From an uncultured Gemmatimonadales bacterium (GTDB lineage Bacteria; Gemmatimonadota; Gemmatimonadetes; Gemmatimonadales; GWC2-71-9), in contig CAWGED010000004.1 of the NCBI GenBank assembly GCA_963821525.1, positions 64,001-128,000 on the forward strand: DNA of 64,000 nt, read 5' to 3'. A program made the position numbers and the translations under genes. Below are positions 39,851-52,140 of the stretch, piece by piece. The notes under the pieces are model-generated. The model worked only from the letters and a program-made list of their open reading frames with translations. It ran no database searches and was not told where the DNA came from. The first letter of the stretch is position 1. Every line of letters starts with the position of its first letter.

Positions 39851-41542
39851 CCGGACACCCCGGGACGACACCTACGACGTGTGCATCGTCGGCTCGGGCG
39901 CCGGCGGGGGCATGGCGGCCACATGCTGACCCGGGCCGGCGCCAAGGTCATCATGCTGGAAGCCGGCGCCGATGTGGGACAACACCAAAGACTCGGCGAT
40001 GCTCAAGTGGGCCTACGAGTCGCCGCGCCGGGGCATGAGCACCAAGACAGCGCTCCTTCGGCGAGTTCGACGCCGGATTGGGCGGCTGGGAATTGCCGGG
40101 TGAGCCCTTTACCAGGGCGGAGGGGACAGACTTCAAGTGGTTCCGGCTCCGGATGCTCGGCGGTCGCACCAATCATTGGGGACGCATCTCGCTCCGCTTC
40201 GGCCCCGATGACTTTCGCCGCCGGAGCATCGACGGCCTGGGTGATGACTGGCCGATCACCTATGACGATCTCAAGCCGTGGTACGACGAGGTAGATCGCC
40301 TGATCGGCTTGTTCGGCAGCGCCGAGGGCCTTCCCAACCATCCCGATGGCATCTTCCTCCCGCCACCGCGCCCCCGCTGTTATGAGCTCCTGGTCAAGCG
40401 TGCCTCCGATAAGCTGAAGATCCCCTGCATTCCCGCGCGGCTTTCTATCCTGACTCGCCCCCTCAACGGGCGATCGGGCTGCCACTACTGCGGCCAGTGC
40501 AGCCGCGGGTGTGCGGTGAATGCGAATTTCACCTCGCCGAACGTGCTGATCCTGCCTGCACTCGCGACCGGGCGAGCTGAAGCTGGTGACGGGCGCCATG
40601 GCGCGAGAGGTAACGCTCGATCGGAACGGGCGGGCGGACGGTGTGCTCTATATCAACAAGGCGGATGGAAGCGAGCAGCGAGTCCGTGCCAAGGTGATCG
40701 TCCTCGCCGCCAGCGCCTGCGAGAGCGCGCGCATCCTGCTCAACTCGAAATCGTCCAGCTTTCCCCAGGGGCTGGCCAACGGCAGCGGGGTGGTTGGGAA
40801 ATATCTCACCGACACCACGGGGACCGACGTCTCGGGCTTCATTCCGGCGATGGTGGACCATGTCCCCCACAACGAGGACGGCGTCGGAGGGGCTCACCTT
40901 TACATGCCGTGGTGGCTCGATAACAAAGGCCTCGATTTTCCCCGCGGATACCACATCGAGATCTGGGGTGGCCTGGGTGCCCCCGCATACGGATTCATGG
41001 ATGGGATCCAGGACTACCCCTCGGGCGGAGGTTACGGAAAGCGGCTCAAGGACGACTACCGGAAATACTACGGCGCCACGATCGGCTTCTCGGGCCGGGG
41101 AGAACAGATCCCCAATGAAGATTGCTATTGCGAGCTGGACCCGGAGGTAGTGGACCGCTGGGGCATCCCGGTACTCCGCTTTCACTGGAAGTGGGCCGAT
41201 TACGAGCTGAACCAGGTGAAGCACATGCAGGAGACTTTCCGCGCCCTGATCGCCGAGATGGGCGGTCAGGTCCAGTCTCAGATGCCCTCCAAGGAAAAAG
41301 GCTACGGCATCGCCATCGGCGGATCGATCATCCACGAGCTCGGCACGGTGCGGATGGGGAAAGACCCCGCCAGGTCGGCGCTCAATTCCTACTGCCAGGC
41401 GCACGAAGTGAAGAACCTCTTCGTCACCGACGGTGGGTCGTTCGTCTCTCAAGCTGACAAGAACCCAACCTGGACCATCCTGGCGCTGTCCATGCGTGCC
41501 AGCGACTACATCGTCAGGGAGAGGAAAGCGGGGAGGCTGTAG
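39807..41542 (+). CDS. GMC oxidoreductase (gluconate/glucoside dehydrogenase flavoprotein), several frameshifts
   Basis: TYDVCIVGSGAGGGMAA; LGGRTNHWGR; CHYCGQCSRGC; IHELGTVRMG; KNPTWTILAL. Confidence 0.88.
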
Positions 41543-41615
41543 GGAATGGCGGAATGGCGGAATGGCGGAATTGGTGAATGGGTGAACGGTGAACAGGGAA
41601 CCGGAACGGAGCCGT

Positions 41616-42206
41616 ATGGATGACCTGAGTCGTCGGGAAGCGGTTCAATTGATGGTCGGGATTCCTCTGCTAATAACGGGGGTCTCCCCAGAGACGATCC
41701 GTCGCGCTGCGGCGTTCGCCAGGACCGCACTGGCCGCACCAGCGCAAGCGGCTCCCGTGTTCTTCACGGCGCACGAGTGGCAAACCGTCAGAATCCTGGT
41801 CGATCTCATCATCCCCAGGGATGATCGCTCGGGAAGCGCCACCGATGCCGGCGTGCCCGAGTTCATGGACTTCATTCTGAACGATCAAGCCGACATGCAG
41901 GACCCGATGCGCGGGGGCCTGGCCTGGCTCGACAACGAGTGCCGGGACCGTTTTGGAAAGGCCTTCGTGGACTGCGGCGATGCCCAGCATGCGGCCGTGC
42001 TCGACGACATCGCCTGGCCGGCGAAAGCCCGCCCCGAGCTGAGCAACGGCGTCGAGTTCTTCAATCGAATGCGAGACCTGACTGCCTCCGGGTTCTTCTC
42101 CAGCAAGATGGGCGTCGAGGACCTGAAATACCTCGGGAACACGGTGGTGGCTGAGTGGAACGGCTGTCCACCGGCGGCGCTGGCCCGGCTCGGAGTGAAG
42201 TACTAG
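41616..42206 (+). CDS. Gluconate 2-dehydrogenase subunit 3 family (Tat)
   Basis: LSRREA; IIPRDDRSGSATDAGVPEFMD; GFFSSKMG. Confidence 0.88.
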   Translation: MDDLSRREAVQLMVGIPLLITGVSPETIRRAAAFARTALAAPAQAAPVFFTAHEWQTVRILVDLIIPRDDRSGSATDAGVPEFMDFILNDQADMQDPMRGGLAWLDNECRDRFGKAFVDCGDAQHAAVLDDIAWPAKARPELSNGVEFFNRMRDLTASGFFSSKMGVEDLKYLGNTVVAEWNGCPPAALARLGVKY

Positions 42207-42271
42207 ACCCTCACCGCCACCGCAGTCCGCCGCCCCTACCGAGAGCTGCGGAGCAACGAGAGATTCAAGCA

Positions 42272-43507
42272 ATGCCTCCACTCGGAATCGGCTTCATCGG
42301 GAGCGGATTCAACGCTCGCTTTCACATGCTCGCCTTCCAGGGCGTGCGCGACGCGAACGTGCTTGGCGTCTGGAGCCCCAACGCTAAGCACGCCGCCGAA
42401 GGCGCTGCTACCGCACGGCGTCTCGACATCGGCCAGGCTCGGCCCTACGCGTCCATCGGCGAGATGGTAGCCGATCCTGCCATCGATGCGATCTGGCTTT
42501 GCGGCGCCAACCACGCCCGGATCGAGAATATCGAGGAGATGGTTGATCCCATCATGCGGGGGCAGGCCGAATTACGCGGCGTCGCATGTGAAAAACCGCT
42601 GGCTCGCAACGTCGCCGAGGCCAAGCGGGTGACCGAGCTGGTGAAACGGGCGGGCCTGGCACACGGCTACCTCGAAAACCAGGTCTTCGCCCCTCCGGTG
42701 GAGCAAGGCAAGGCACTGCTTTGGGGGCGCGGCGCCTCGACCACCGGGAGACCCTATCTCGCTCGTGCGGCCGAGGAGCACAGCGGCCCCCACACCCCAT
42801 GGTTCTGGCAGGGCAAGCTGCAGGGCGGCGGCGTCCTGAACGACATGATGTGTCACTCGGCGCTGGTGGTGCACTTCCTGCTGACCAAGCCAGGCTCCCC
42901 TTTGAGCACGGTCAAGCCGGTGAGCATCACCGGTCACATCGCGAGCCTCAAGTGGACTCGGCCGGAATACGCCAAGCGGCTGCGGAAGGCGATGGGCAAA
43001 GAGGTGGACTACACCAGGCAGCCCGCGGAAGACTTCGCCAGCGTCACCATTGCGTTCGAAGCCGAGGATGGGAACAAAATCCTCGGTGAAGCCACCACCT
43101 CATGGAGCTTCGTGGGTCCCGGCCTCAGGCTCTCCGCCGAGTTGCTCGGACCCGAGTACTCGATGTCGTGGAACAGCCTCGATGCCGGCCTCAAGGTTTT
43201 CTTCAGTCGCGAAGTGAAGGGCAAAGCCGGCGAAGACCTGGTCGAAAAGCAGAACGCCGAGACCGGGCAGATGCCGGTAGTGGCGAATGAAGCCTCACTC
43301 TACGGCTACGAGGCGGAGAATCGCCATTTCGTCCGGGTCTTTCAGGGGAAGGAGTCTCCCCGTCTCACCTTCGATGATGGTCTGCAGGTTGCCCGCCTGC
43401 TGATGGCAGCATACATGAGCGCCGAACAGGGACGCACGGTGAACTTCCCTCCCCGTGGGCTGGACTCCTTCGTGCCTGCGGTCGCGCGAGGAACCTGGCG
43501 CCCATGA
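42272..43507 (+). CDS. Gfo/Idh/MocA oxidoreductase
   Basis: IGFIGSGF; ACEKPLA; GGGVLNDMMCH. Confidence 0.9.
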   Translation: MPPLGIGFIGSGFNARFHMLAFQGVRDANVLGVWSPNAKHAAEGAATARRLDIGQARPYASIGEMVADPAIDAIWLCGANHARIENIEEMVDPIMRGQAELRGVACEKPLARNVAEAKRVTELVKRAGLAHGYLENQVFAPPVEQGKALLWGRGASTTGRPYLARAAEEHSGPHTPWFWQGKLQGGGVLNDMMCHSALVVHFLLTKPGSPLSTVKPVSITGHIASLKWTRPEYAKRLRKAMGKEVDYTRQPAEDFASVTIAFEAEDGNKILGEATTSWSFVGPGLRLSAELLGPEYSMSWNSLDAGLKVFFSREVKGKAGEDLVEKQNAETGQMPVVANEASLYGYEAENRHFVRVFQGKESPRLTFDDGLQVARLLMAAYMSAEQGRTVNFPPRGLDSFVPAVARGTWRP

Positions 43508-45495
43508 AGAGCCTTTGGAACGACAAAGAAGCCTCTGGATCTGAAGGGGATCCGCTCCGGCTCCGGGTCTACACTTCGCGGCTTCTCGGGCGGGAGCCTT
43601 CGCTCGTCCTTCACGGCGGCGGCAACACCTCCGTAAAGACAACCGCGACGACCCTCTTCGGCGATCGGGAGGACCTGCTCTACATCAAGGGGAGCGGGTG
43701 GGATCTCGCGACGATCGAGGCAGCGGGATTCGCGCCGGTGCGGCTGCAGGTGCTGACCCGGATGGCCGAACTGCCTCGGCTCACCGATACGGAGATGGTG
43801 CGAGCCCAGCGGGCCGCGATGACCGACCCCGGTGCTCCGACGCCATCGGTCGAAGCGATCCTTCACGCCATCATCCCGTTCACCTTCGTGGATCACACCC
43901 ACGCCGACGCCGTTGTCGCGATAAGCAATACACCGGGAGGAGAAGCACGAATCCGCGAGGTCTACCAGGATCGCGTGCTGGTAGTGCCCTATGTCATGCC
44001 CGGATTCGTGCTGGCGCGAAAGGTGTTCGAGCTGAGTCGGGGACTGGACTGGTCGCGCTACGAAGGAATGGTCCTGCTGCATCACGGCGATTTTCAGCTG
44101 GGGCAACGATGCCCGCACCAGCTACGAGCGGATGATCGAGCTGGTGACCACGGCGGAAGACTATCTCCAGAAGAAGAAGGCGTGGACCGCCGTCCGTCGA
44201 GTCACCTCCTCCACCGCTCATGGCGTCAACGGCGTGGAGCTGGAACTCGCCCGGCTTCGTCGGGAAGCGTCACTTCTGCGCGGTGCTCCGATGATCGCGA
44301 CCCTCGACGACAGCGCCGAGGCTGCGGGATTTGCCGGACAGCCGGAGGTGGCTTCGATCGCATCGCGTGGTCCTCTCACTCCCGATCACGTCATCCGGAC
44401 CAAGCCTACGCCCTTGGTCTTGAACGGCGGCAAGTTCAGGTTCGGTCGAAGCCTTCGCCGCGGGATACCGCGAGTACTTCGCCCGCCACGCGACGCCGGA
44501 AGTGAAGCCGCTCGACCCGGCACCCCGCTGGGTGGTGTGGCCGGGCGTGGGCAACCGTGGCACTCGGTCCTAGTGCCAAGGATGCCGCGATTGCCGCAGA
44601 CATCGTGCGCCACACCGGGCGCGCGATCCAATGGGCCGAGGCCTTGGGAGGTTGGAGGGCGCTGCCGGAGGAAGACTTGTTCGAGGTGGAGTACTGGGAG
44701 CTGGAACAGGCCAAGCTCAAGGCCGCCGGTGCTTCTCCGCCGTTCCAGGGGAAGATTGCGCTGGTGACGGGTGCCGCGAGCGGTATCGGGCTCGCCACCG
44801 CCGAGATGCTTCACCGGCAGGGCGCGGCCGTGACGGGGCTCGATATCAACCCGGCAGTAACCAGGGTGCTCCAGAAGCCCGGGATGCTGGGGCTGACCTG
44901 CGATGTAACCGATGGCGGCGCGCTCAAGGAAGCGGTCGAGACCGCGATCCGCCAATTCGGAGGTCTCGACATCGTGGTCAGCAACGCGGGCATTTTCTCT
45001 CCCAGCGAGCGGCTGGAGGAGTTGAGCGACGCGAACTGGGAGCAGAGCCTCACACTCAATCTCACCAGCCACCGGATGCTTCTCGAGCTGGTGATTCCCT
45101 ATCTCCGGCTGGGCTTCGATCCGACCATCATCGTCAACGCATCGAAGAACGTTCCCGCTCCGGGGCCGGGTGCCGGCGCCTACTCGGTGGCCAAGGCCGG
45201 TCTGACTCAGCTGGCCCGCGTCGCGGCACTCGAGCTCGCGAAGGATGGAATCCGGGTCAACATCCTGCACCCTCACGCCGTCTTCGACACCGCGGCCTGG
45301 ACCCAGGAGGTCCTCGAGGCTCGGGCGAAGAACTACGGGATGACGGTCGATCAGTACAAGCGCAACAACCTGCTCGGCGTCGAGGTGACCTCGCAGGATG
45401 TCGCCGCACTGGTCTGCGCCATGGCCGGCCCCGCCTTCGCCAAGACGACCGGGGCACAGGTGCCGGTGGACGGGGGTAGTGATCGGGTGATTTGA
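43504..45495 (+). CDS. Bifunctional class II aldolase / short-chain dehydrogenase, frameshifted
   Basis: HGGGNTSVK, PSVEAILH, HTHAD, TPDHVIRTK, then TGAASGIG, YSVAK. Confidence 0.88.
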
Positions 45496-45499
45496 AGCC

Positions 45500-45617
45500 A
45501 TTGAAGATTTCAGATTTCAGATTGCAGATTGAAGGCGGGACCTCGACCATGGCGTGGAACCACCGACTGCCTGGCGTGAAGCTGTCAAATCATCAATCTG
45601 AAATCTTCAATCTGAAC
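45500..45617. repeat. Inverted heptamer-period repeat between convergent genes
   Basis: TTGAAGATTTCAGATTTCAGATTG ... CAATCTGAAATCTTCAATCTGAA. Confidence 0.85.
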
Positions 45618-45622
45618 ATTCC

Positions 45623-47288
45623 TCAGGCTACTGCCAACGCCCGCTCCACCAGATCCCTCGCCTCCTCCACCATCCGTCCGAGGTGGTGATCGTCCTTGAA
45701 GCTTTCCGCGTAAATCTTGTAGATGTCCTCGGTTCCCGAGGGCCGCACCGCAAACCAGCCGTGCCGCGTCGTGACCTTGAGCCCGTCGATCGGGGCGCCA
45801 TTGCCCGGTGCGGTCGTGAGGCGAGTTTCGATCGGGTCGCCCGCGATGAACGAGGCACTCACCGAGCTCGCCGTGAGTTTCTTGAAGCCCGCCTTCTGCG
45901 CCGGAGTGCAGGGCGTGTCGATCCTCGTATAGGCCGGCTCGCCATACATCGCGGTCAGGTCGCGATAGTGCTCGCCTGGATCCTTCCCGGTGGTCGCGGT
46001 GATCTCGGCGGCGAGAAGCCCCAGCAACAGTCCGTCCTTGTCGGTGGTCCAGACTAACCCCGATTTCTTCAGGAAGCTTGCCCCCGCGCTCTCTTCACCA
46101 CCGAAACAGCAGCTTCCGTCGAAGAGCCCCGGGGTAAACCATTTGAACCCGACCGGCACCTCGTAGAGTCGTCTTCCGAGCACCATTCACCACCCGATCC
46201 ACCAGAGCGCTGGTCACCACCGTCTTCCCTACGACGGCCTGAGTCCCCCATCCTGGACGGGACCCGAGGAGATAACGAATCGCGACGGCGAGGTAGTGGT
46301 TCGGATTGAGCAGCCCCGCCGAGCGGGTCACGATCCCGTGGCGGTCCGCGTCCGGATCGGTGGCAAAGGCGACATCGAACCGATCCTTGAGCCGCACCAG
46401 GCCGGCCATGGCCCAGGGACTCGAGCAGTCCATCCGGATTTTCCCGTCGTGATCCACGGTCATGAACTTGAATGTGGGATCGATCTGGGTGTTGGTGACG
46501 GTCAGATCGAGTCCATACTGCTCGGCAATCGGTCCCCAGTAGCCGAGCGACGATCCGCCCAGCGGATCGACTCCGATTCTGATGCCGGCGGCACCGATCG
46601 CCTCGAGATCGATCGCGTTGGCAAGATCGGCGACGTAGGTCGCGACCAGATCGCCATGCCGGGTAGTCCGAGCCGTTCGTGCCTTCTCGTACGGCACTCG
46701 TTTCACGCCGCGGTTTTCGTCGCGCAGCAGCGCATTGGCCCGTTCCTGGATCCACTTGGTGATCGTGGTGTCCGCCGGCCCTCCATTGGGCGGATTGTAT
46801 TTGATGCCCCCATCGGCTGGTGGATTGTGGGACGGGGTGATCACGATGCCGTCCGCGAGACGCACCGCCTCACTGCTCGTGTGCCCCCCGGCCCGGGAGG
46901 CGTTCCATGCCAGGATCGCGCGGGAGATCACCGGGGTAGGAGTGAACCCGTCGCGCCGCTGCATGACTACTTCAATGTGGTTTGCGGCGAGAACCTCGAG
47001 CGCGGTGCGCTCGGTAGGAGTCGAAATCGCATGGGTATCCTTGCCGAGAAAGAGCGGCCCGGCGATACCTCGCCCGGTGCGATACTCACAAATCGCCTGG
47101 GTGATGGCGAGGACGTGTGCTTCGGTGAATGTGCCCTCGAACGGGGATCCGCGGTGACCGCTCGTCCCGAAGCTGACCCGCTGGGCCGGATCTTCGGGAT
47201 TGGGCTGCCGCTCGTAGTAGTCACGCTCCAGCCGCGCCACGTCGATCAGCAGTTGTGGTGGAGCGGGCTGGCCGGCGAGTGGATGCAT
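45623..47288 (-). CDS. pgm: Phosphoglucomutase, frameshift near 46180
   Basis: [36 protein letters not shown]. Confidence 0.93.
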
Positions 47289-47364
47289 GGTCTCCGTAAC
47301 CGATTCGGGAACTGGCGCCGCGCGCTTGCGGCGCTCCCTACCTCATGATAACATGCTCACTCGG

Positions 47365-47488
47365 GACTCAGCCGGGTCGCTGGCTCAGGTGGAGCCTGGG
47401 TCGCCTTGTCGAGGGAGGCAGTAGCCTCCGAGTCGAAGGCACGAATGAGCTGTCCGCCTCCGCGGAGAGTTTCGTTCGGGCCTTTTTT
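47365..47488 (+). ncRNA. Candidate cis-regulatory leader RNA, copy A (with terminator)
   Basis: CCTTGTCGAG-GGAGGC/GCCTCC-GAGTCGAAGGC...GCCTTTTTT. Confidence 0.7.
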
Positions 47489-47526
47489 CATTTCCGGCTA
47501 TTCCGTCGCACCAATCAGGGGGTCGA

Positions 47527-50502
47527 ATGGACGATGCACTGAAGCCACAATCGCACGGCTTCGATGCTGATGCCTTGGTACCCGACAGCCGAGCCCGGTG
47601 GGCGGGTCGAGTAGCGGGTTGGCTGCTCCTCCTCCTGGGCGCGACCGGAGCTCTCGGTCTCCTTCCAGGACTGCAATTTCTCAAGCAACCGGTCACCGGC
47701 TTCTCCCCGCTTTCGCTAGTCACCGGCCTGAGCCTTTGCGCCCTCGGCGCGGGCCTTGGTGGCGCTGGTCAGCGGCAAGCGGACGGCTGGCGCTCTGGGC
47801 GCCGCCGGGGCCGTGCTCGTCGCCGCACTGGCAGTCACTCAATATCTCCTCGGGGTCGATCTCGGGATCAATCCCGTCGCAGGCGGAGCGCGGCGGCGAG
47901 CGGGTTGAGCTCGTCGGTTCGGGTGTCGATCGCCAGCGCGATGCTCCTCGGACTGGCAGGCGCCGGCCTTATCACTCTCGCTTCACCGATCTCCCCGCAT
48001 CGCGGGAGACTCTTCGCCGGTGGATTCGGTTGTGTGGTGGTGGCCTTCGCCCTCGGCATTCTGCTTACAACAGGCATCTGGAATCTCGAGCAACAGGCGG
48101 GGCTTCTGGCCGGCTCCTCATTTCAGACGCTGATCGGCTCGCTGATCGGAGGCTCCTGCCTGGTGTTCATCGCCTGGAGCGCCGATCCCACCGCAGCACG
48201 CTCGGCGTATTGGCTACCGGTATCGGTGGGCGCGGGATGCCTCGTCACCGCGATCTTCCTCTGGCGCGCCCTCATCATCTACGAAGACGATCGGGTCCGC
48301 GGCCAGGCGACGATCGCGGCGCGAACCGCGAGGCGAGAGATCTATGGCCAGGTCCAGACCGGCACCCGGCTCCTGAGCCGCATTGCACGGTTCAGCTCGC
48401 CTCCCCGGCCCCAGTCGCCCAACTGGTCAAGCAGCATGGTGGCGATCACTCGCGATATCGACGGGCTCCTCGCAATCGCGTGGACCGATTCGACCGCGAA
48501 GGTCACCTACGTAGCACCTCCCACCGCCGATGCCGACACGTTGCGCTCCCAATTGCAGCGGGGACTGGAGGCGGCACTCGGTGGAACCCCGCCGGCATCT
48601 TGGCATTCCGCCACGATGTATTTCGGCATCGGGCCCGAGGGACAGACCTTCGCGGCTGCCGTACCTATCTGTGTACCCGCCGGCTGCAGCGGCTATGTGC
48701 TTGGCGTCTTCGACGCCGCGAGCCTGCTGGAGCCGGTGTTGGACAACCCAGGTGAGGGATACGCCTTTACCATCCTGACGTCGAGGGGCGCGAGCCTCCT
48801 CACCTCGCGCGAGCCGCCTGCCGGTGCCCGGAATCTCATGGACCGGTCCTCATTCAAGCTCGGCGATCTCAACTGGCAGCTTCAGGTCGGCGCCACACGA
48901 GAGACACTGCAGCGGCTCCGTTCGAAGCTTCCCGATCTGCTTCTGCTGGCAGGCCTGCTGGTCACCGCTCTCCTGCCGCTCACCGTGCGGCTGGCCCAGA
49001 TGACCTGGTCGCGCGCCCGCCTGGTGGAAAGAGTTCGCCTCAATCTCGCCCTGGAAACGGCAACCGACGGAATCTGGGAGTGGGACGTGCCGAGCGGTGC
49101 CGCGATCCGGAGTGCGACACTCTGGCGCCATCTGGGGTATGGCCCGACCGAGTTTCCGGCCAAGATCGACAGCTGGATGTCTCTCATTAACCCGGACGAT
49201 CGCGCCGCGGTGCAGGCGGCGATGGCGGCGCACCTCGCGGGCAAGACCGAAAGCTTCGAAGCGGAATACCGGATCCGGGACCATCTCGGCGGCTGGCATT
49301 GGGTCATCGATCGAGGCAGGGTCGTCGAACGAGCGCCCAGTGGCGTGCCGCTTCGGGTGCTGGGTATCAGCGCCGACGTTACCGAGCGGAAACGGACCGA
49401 CGAGGCGCTCGAGGCAAGCGAGCGGAGGTTCAGGGCCTGCTTCGACAGCGCTTACCAGCTGCAGAAGCTGCTCGACCTCGATGGGCGAGTGCTGGAGGCG
49501 AATCGCACCGCGCTGGACTTCTCCCGTACGACGATCGAGCAGTTGCGCGGCGTGCCGCTCTGGGATACCGAGATCTGGCTGAACAGTCCCACCAGCCGCG
49601 AAGCCTTGCGCGCCGCATTCGCCGAGGCGTGCAAAGGGAAGACAGTGAGGCAGGAGATGGAGCTGGACGCCGGCGAGGGACGCCACGCCATCATCGATTT
49701 TTCGCTGACCCCGATCATGGATACGGAAGGCAGGGTGGTTCAGCTCCTCGCCGAGGGGAGAGACATCACGGCCAGCAGGCAGGCCGAAGACCAGCTGCGC
49801 GAGGTCGAGTCGCTCTCGACCATGGGCCGGCTCGCGGCGCGCGTCGCGCACGAGATCAATAATCCGTTGGCCGGCATTCAGAATTCTTTCCTTCTCATCA
49901 AGGACGCGGTCCCCGAGGATCACCCGCATCACAGTTACGTGGGCGCCATCGAGCGAGAGATCGGCCGGATTGCCGGGGTAACCCGCCAGCTGTATGAGAC
50001 CTACCGCCCTGACTCCGACGGCGCGCGTGAGACATCCATACCGAACCTGGTTGGCGACGCGGTGGCGCTCCTCGGCCAGGTCAACCGCGATGCGCGGGTA
50101 ACGATCAAGGTGGACTTGCAGCGGGCACCCCACGTCGTACAGCTTCCCGATGCCCTGCTCCGCCAGGCGGTCTACAATCTGGTGCAGAACGCGGTAGAGG
50201 CATCCCCAAAGGGGGGAACGGTTTGGGTCACCGCGGCAGGAGAGGATGGCGTCTTCGAGCTGCGGGTCAAAGACAACGGACCCGGCATCCCGCAGGAGAT
50301 TCGAGAGCGAATTTTCGAGCCGTTTTTCACGACCAAGCCATCCAGCACCAGGACCGGTGGCATGGGTCTCGGTCTCTCGCTGGTCCGCCGCTCGGTCCAC
50401 GCGCTGGGCGGTCAGGTAGAAATTATTGACGTTCCTGGAGGCGGCACGGAGTTCGTGGTCCGGTTGCCCCTCGGGACCCGACATGCAGGAGCAATCTCAT
50501 GA
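47527..50502 (+). CDS. Membrane PAS-PAS sensor histidine kinase (probable local frameshifts ~47760-47900)
   Basis: TM segments, periplasmic domain, DGIWEWD PAS, second [24 protein letters not shown]. Confidence 0.9.
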   Translation: MDDALKPQSHGFDADALVPDSRARWAGRVAGWLLLLLGATGALGLLPGLQFLKQPVTGFSPLSLVTGLSLCALGAGLGGAGQRQADGWRSGRRRGRARRRTGSHSISPRGRSRDQSRRRRSAAASGLSSSVRVSIASAMLLGLAGAGLITLASPISPHRGRLFAGGFGCVVVAFALGILLTTGIWNLEQQAGLLAGSSFQTLIGSLIGGSCLVFIAWSADPTAARSAYWLPVSVGAGCLVTAIFLWRALIIYEDDRVRGQATIAARTARREIYGQVQTGTRLLSRIARFSSPPRPQSPNWSSSMVAITRDIDGLLAIAWTDSTAKVTYVAPPTADADTLRSQLQRGLEAALGGTPPASWHSATMYFGIGPEGQTFAAAVPICVPAGCSGYVLGVFDAASLLEPVLDNPGEGYAFTILTSRGASLLTSREPPAGARNLMDRSSFKLGDLNWQLQVGATRETLQRLRSKLPDLLLLAGLLVTALLPLTVRLAQMTWSRARLVERVRLNLALETATDGIWEWDVPSGAAIRSATLWRHLGYGPTEFPAKIDSWMSLINPDDRAAVQAAMAAHLAGKTESFEAEYRIRDHLGGWHWVIDRGRVVERAPSGVPLRVLGISADVTERKRTDEALEASERRFRACFDSAYQLQKLLDLDGRVLEANRTALDFSRTTIEQLRGVPLWDTEIWLNSPTSREALRAAFAEACKGKTVRQEMELDAGEGRHAIIDFSLTPIMDTEGRVVQLLAEGRDITASRQAEDQLREVESLSTMGRLAARVAHEINNPLAGIQNSFLLIKDAVPEDHPHHSYVGAIEREIGRIAGVTRQLYETYRPDSDGARETSIPNLVGDAVALLGQVNRDARVTIKVDLQRAPHVVQLPDALLRQAVYNLVQNAVEASPKGGTVWVTAAGEDGVFELRVKDNGPGIPQEIRERIFEPFFTTKPSSTRTGGMGLGLSLVRRSVHALGGQVEIIDVPGGGTEFVVRLPLGTRHAGAIS

Positions 50503-51230
50503 CGATGCGCGGCAGGATCCTCCTTGCCGACGATGAAGAGACCTTCCTCAGTTCTACTGCGGATCTTCTTCGAAAAGAAGGCTTCGAGTGCGATACGGTC
50601 CAGGATGGCGTGAGCGCACTGGCTCGGGCGTCGGAGAATAACTACGACCTCCTGGTCACCGATCTGGAGATGCCCGGGAACGCCGATCTCTCCCTGATCC
50701 GGCAGATCACGTCCGCGAGAGGTGGCCTGCCCGTGATGGTTATTACCGGAGTCCCGTCGCTCCGCTCGGCTATGGCCTGCGTGGAACTGCCGGTCGCGGC
50801 CTACCTGGTCAAGCCGGTGGTTTTTTCCGACTTGCTGCCGCGGATCCAAACCGCGGTCACCCGGTTCCGTTCCTATCAGGCCATGCAGAGCGCGGAGCAG
50901 CGGTTGCAGGAATGGCGCAAGGAGCTGAAGACCCTGTCCGGGCCGGAAGGCAACTCGGCGTCCCCCACGGCGGGAATCGATGTGTTCCTGTCGCTTACGC
51001 TGCGAAACGTGATGGGATCGCTTACCGACCTGGAGCAGCTGGGACGCGCCCTGGCGGGTCAGCCGGTAGGACAGCACCCATGTCAGCTGCTGAATTGTCC
51101 CCGGGGAGCCCAGCTCCAGGAGGCGGTTCGGGAGACGATTCGGGTCCTTGAGGAGACTAAAAACGCCTTCAAGTCCAAAGCACTCGGGGAGTTGCGCCAG
51201 AGATTGGAGCTGCTGCTCGAGCACAATTGA
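50499..51230 (+). CDS. Response regulator with unrecognised helical output domain
   Basis: LLADDE, VTDLEMPG, ITG, YLVKP; I recognise no HTH in the C-terminus. Confidence 0.88.
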   Translation: MTMRGRILLADDEETFLSSTADLLRKEGFECDTVQDGVSALARASENNYDLLVTDLEMPGNADLSLIRQITSARGGLPVMVITGVPSLRSAMACVELPVAAYLVKPVVFSDLLPRIQTAVTRFRSYQAMQSAEQRLQEWRKELKTLSGPEGNSASPTAGIDVFLSLTLRNVMGSLTDLEQLGRALAGQPVGQHPCQLLNCPRGAQLQEAVRETIRVLEETKNAFKSKALGELRQRLELLLEHN

Positions 51231-51327
51231 GGTTTAGGTCTGTTGTCTAAAGGCTTAGATCTACCTGTGACAATGGTCACTTGCGCGAATAGGGCAATTT
51301 TCTTAACATAGGCCCGCAGCCAAAATC

Positions 51328-51429
51328 GGCGGGGATTGGAATCCTGCCACCTTGTCGGATGAGGCCTCGGCCTCATCAGTCGAAGGCGCGAACGACCCTC
51401 CTCGAGAGGTCGCCGCGCCTTTTGTGTTT
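51328..51429 (+). ncRNA. Candidate leader RNA, copy B
   Basis: hairpin-A-CCTTGTCG-GATGAGGC/GCCTCATC-AGTCGAAGGCGCG...CGCGCCTTTTGTGTTT. Confidence 0.7.
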
Positions 51430-51517
51430 CCCGGCTGCTGCAGTCATAGATCGTATTACCGGTCACCACGCTCGGCCGGGCCTGACCCCGGCCGAGTGCG
51501 GTAACCATCAGCGGAAG

Positions 51518-51611
51518 CCTTGTCGAGCGGAGCGAAAGAGGCTTTGCGAGTCGAAGGCGCGGGATGACCGCTCTCCATGGGGAGATGCGCGAATCCGCGC
51601 CTTCGTTCGTT
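51518..51611 (+). ncRNA. Candidate leader RNA, copy C (tandem with B)
   Basis: CCTTGTCGA-GCGGAGC/GCTTTGC-GAGTCGAAGGCGCGG...CCGCGCCTTCGTT. Confidence 0.68.
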
Positions 51612-51652
51612 CCGGTACCCGCGAGGCACGAAGCAGTAAGGGTTGGGGTTCG

Positions 51653-51862
51653 ATGAATCTGGATACGGTAGAAGGGCAGTGGACACGCCTGAGAGGAAAG
51701 ATCCTTGAGCAATGGGGTCGGCTGACCGCGGACGAGATTTCGATTGTCGCGGGCCGGCGTGACCAGCTCATCGGCATGCTCCAGCGGCGCTACGGAGTGG
51801 CGCGGGCGGAGCTGGAGCGCCAAGTGGAGGATTTCGAACGCAGGGTTCTGGCCGGCCGCTGA
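51653..51862 (+). CDS. csbD: CsbD/YjbJ family stress protein
   Basis: MNLDTVEGQWTRLRGKILEQWGRLTADE...GRRDQLIGMLQRRYG. Confidence 0.88.
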   Translation: MNLDTVEGQWTRLRGKILEQWGRLTADEISIVAGRRDQLIGMLQRRYGVARAELERQVEDFERRVLAGR

Positions 51863-51888
51863 GTCCGCGAGCCGCAAGAGGAGGGACT

Positions 51889-52104
51889 ATGCTGCGTTGG
51901 GCGATGGGTCTGCTCGTGGTCGCGCTGGTGACGACGATGTTCGGCGCAGGCGGGATCTTTTTCGCGACCGAGGCGTTGCGAACGCTGTTCTACCTCTTTG
52001 TTGTCGTCCTCCTGGCAACCATTCTGCCAGTGCTCGTTTCCGATCGCCGTAACATGGATGAATACCGCAGAGACCGCCGCACACGTGCCGCGAGTCGCGC
52101 CTGA
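51889..52104 (+). CDS. DUF1328 (YtjA)-like small membrane protein
   Basis: MLRWAMGLLVVALV..FGAGGI...LFYLFVVVLL. Confidence 0.75.
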   Translation: MLRWAMGLLVVALVTTMFGAGGIFFATEALRTLFYLFVVVLLATILPVLVSDRRNMDEYRRDRRTRAASRA

Positions 52105-52140
52105 GCGGTGGCATGCTCTGAGATCTCATAGGAGAGAGAA

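Noticed and set aside
48850..50484. Long antisense ORFs (544 aa here; also 9666-10976, 25509-26867, 58685-60046)
   Set aside because: Typical stop-poor shadow frames in high-GC DNA opposite well-supported genes.
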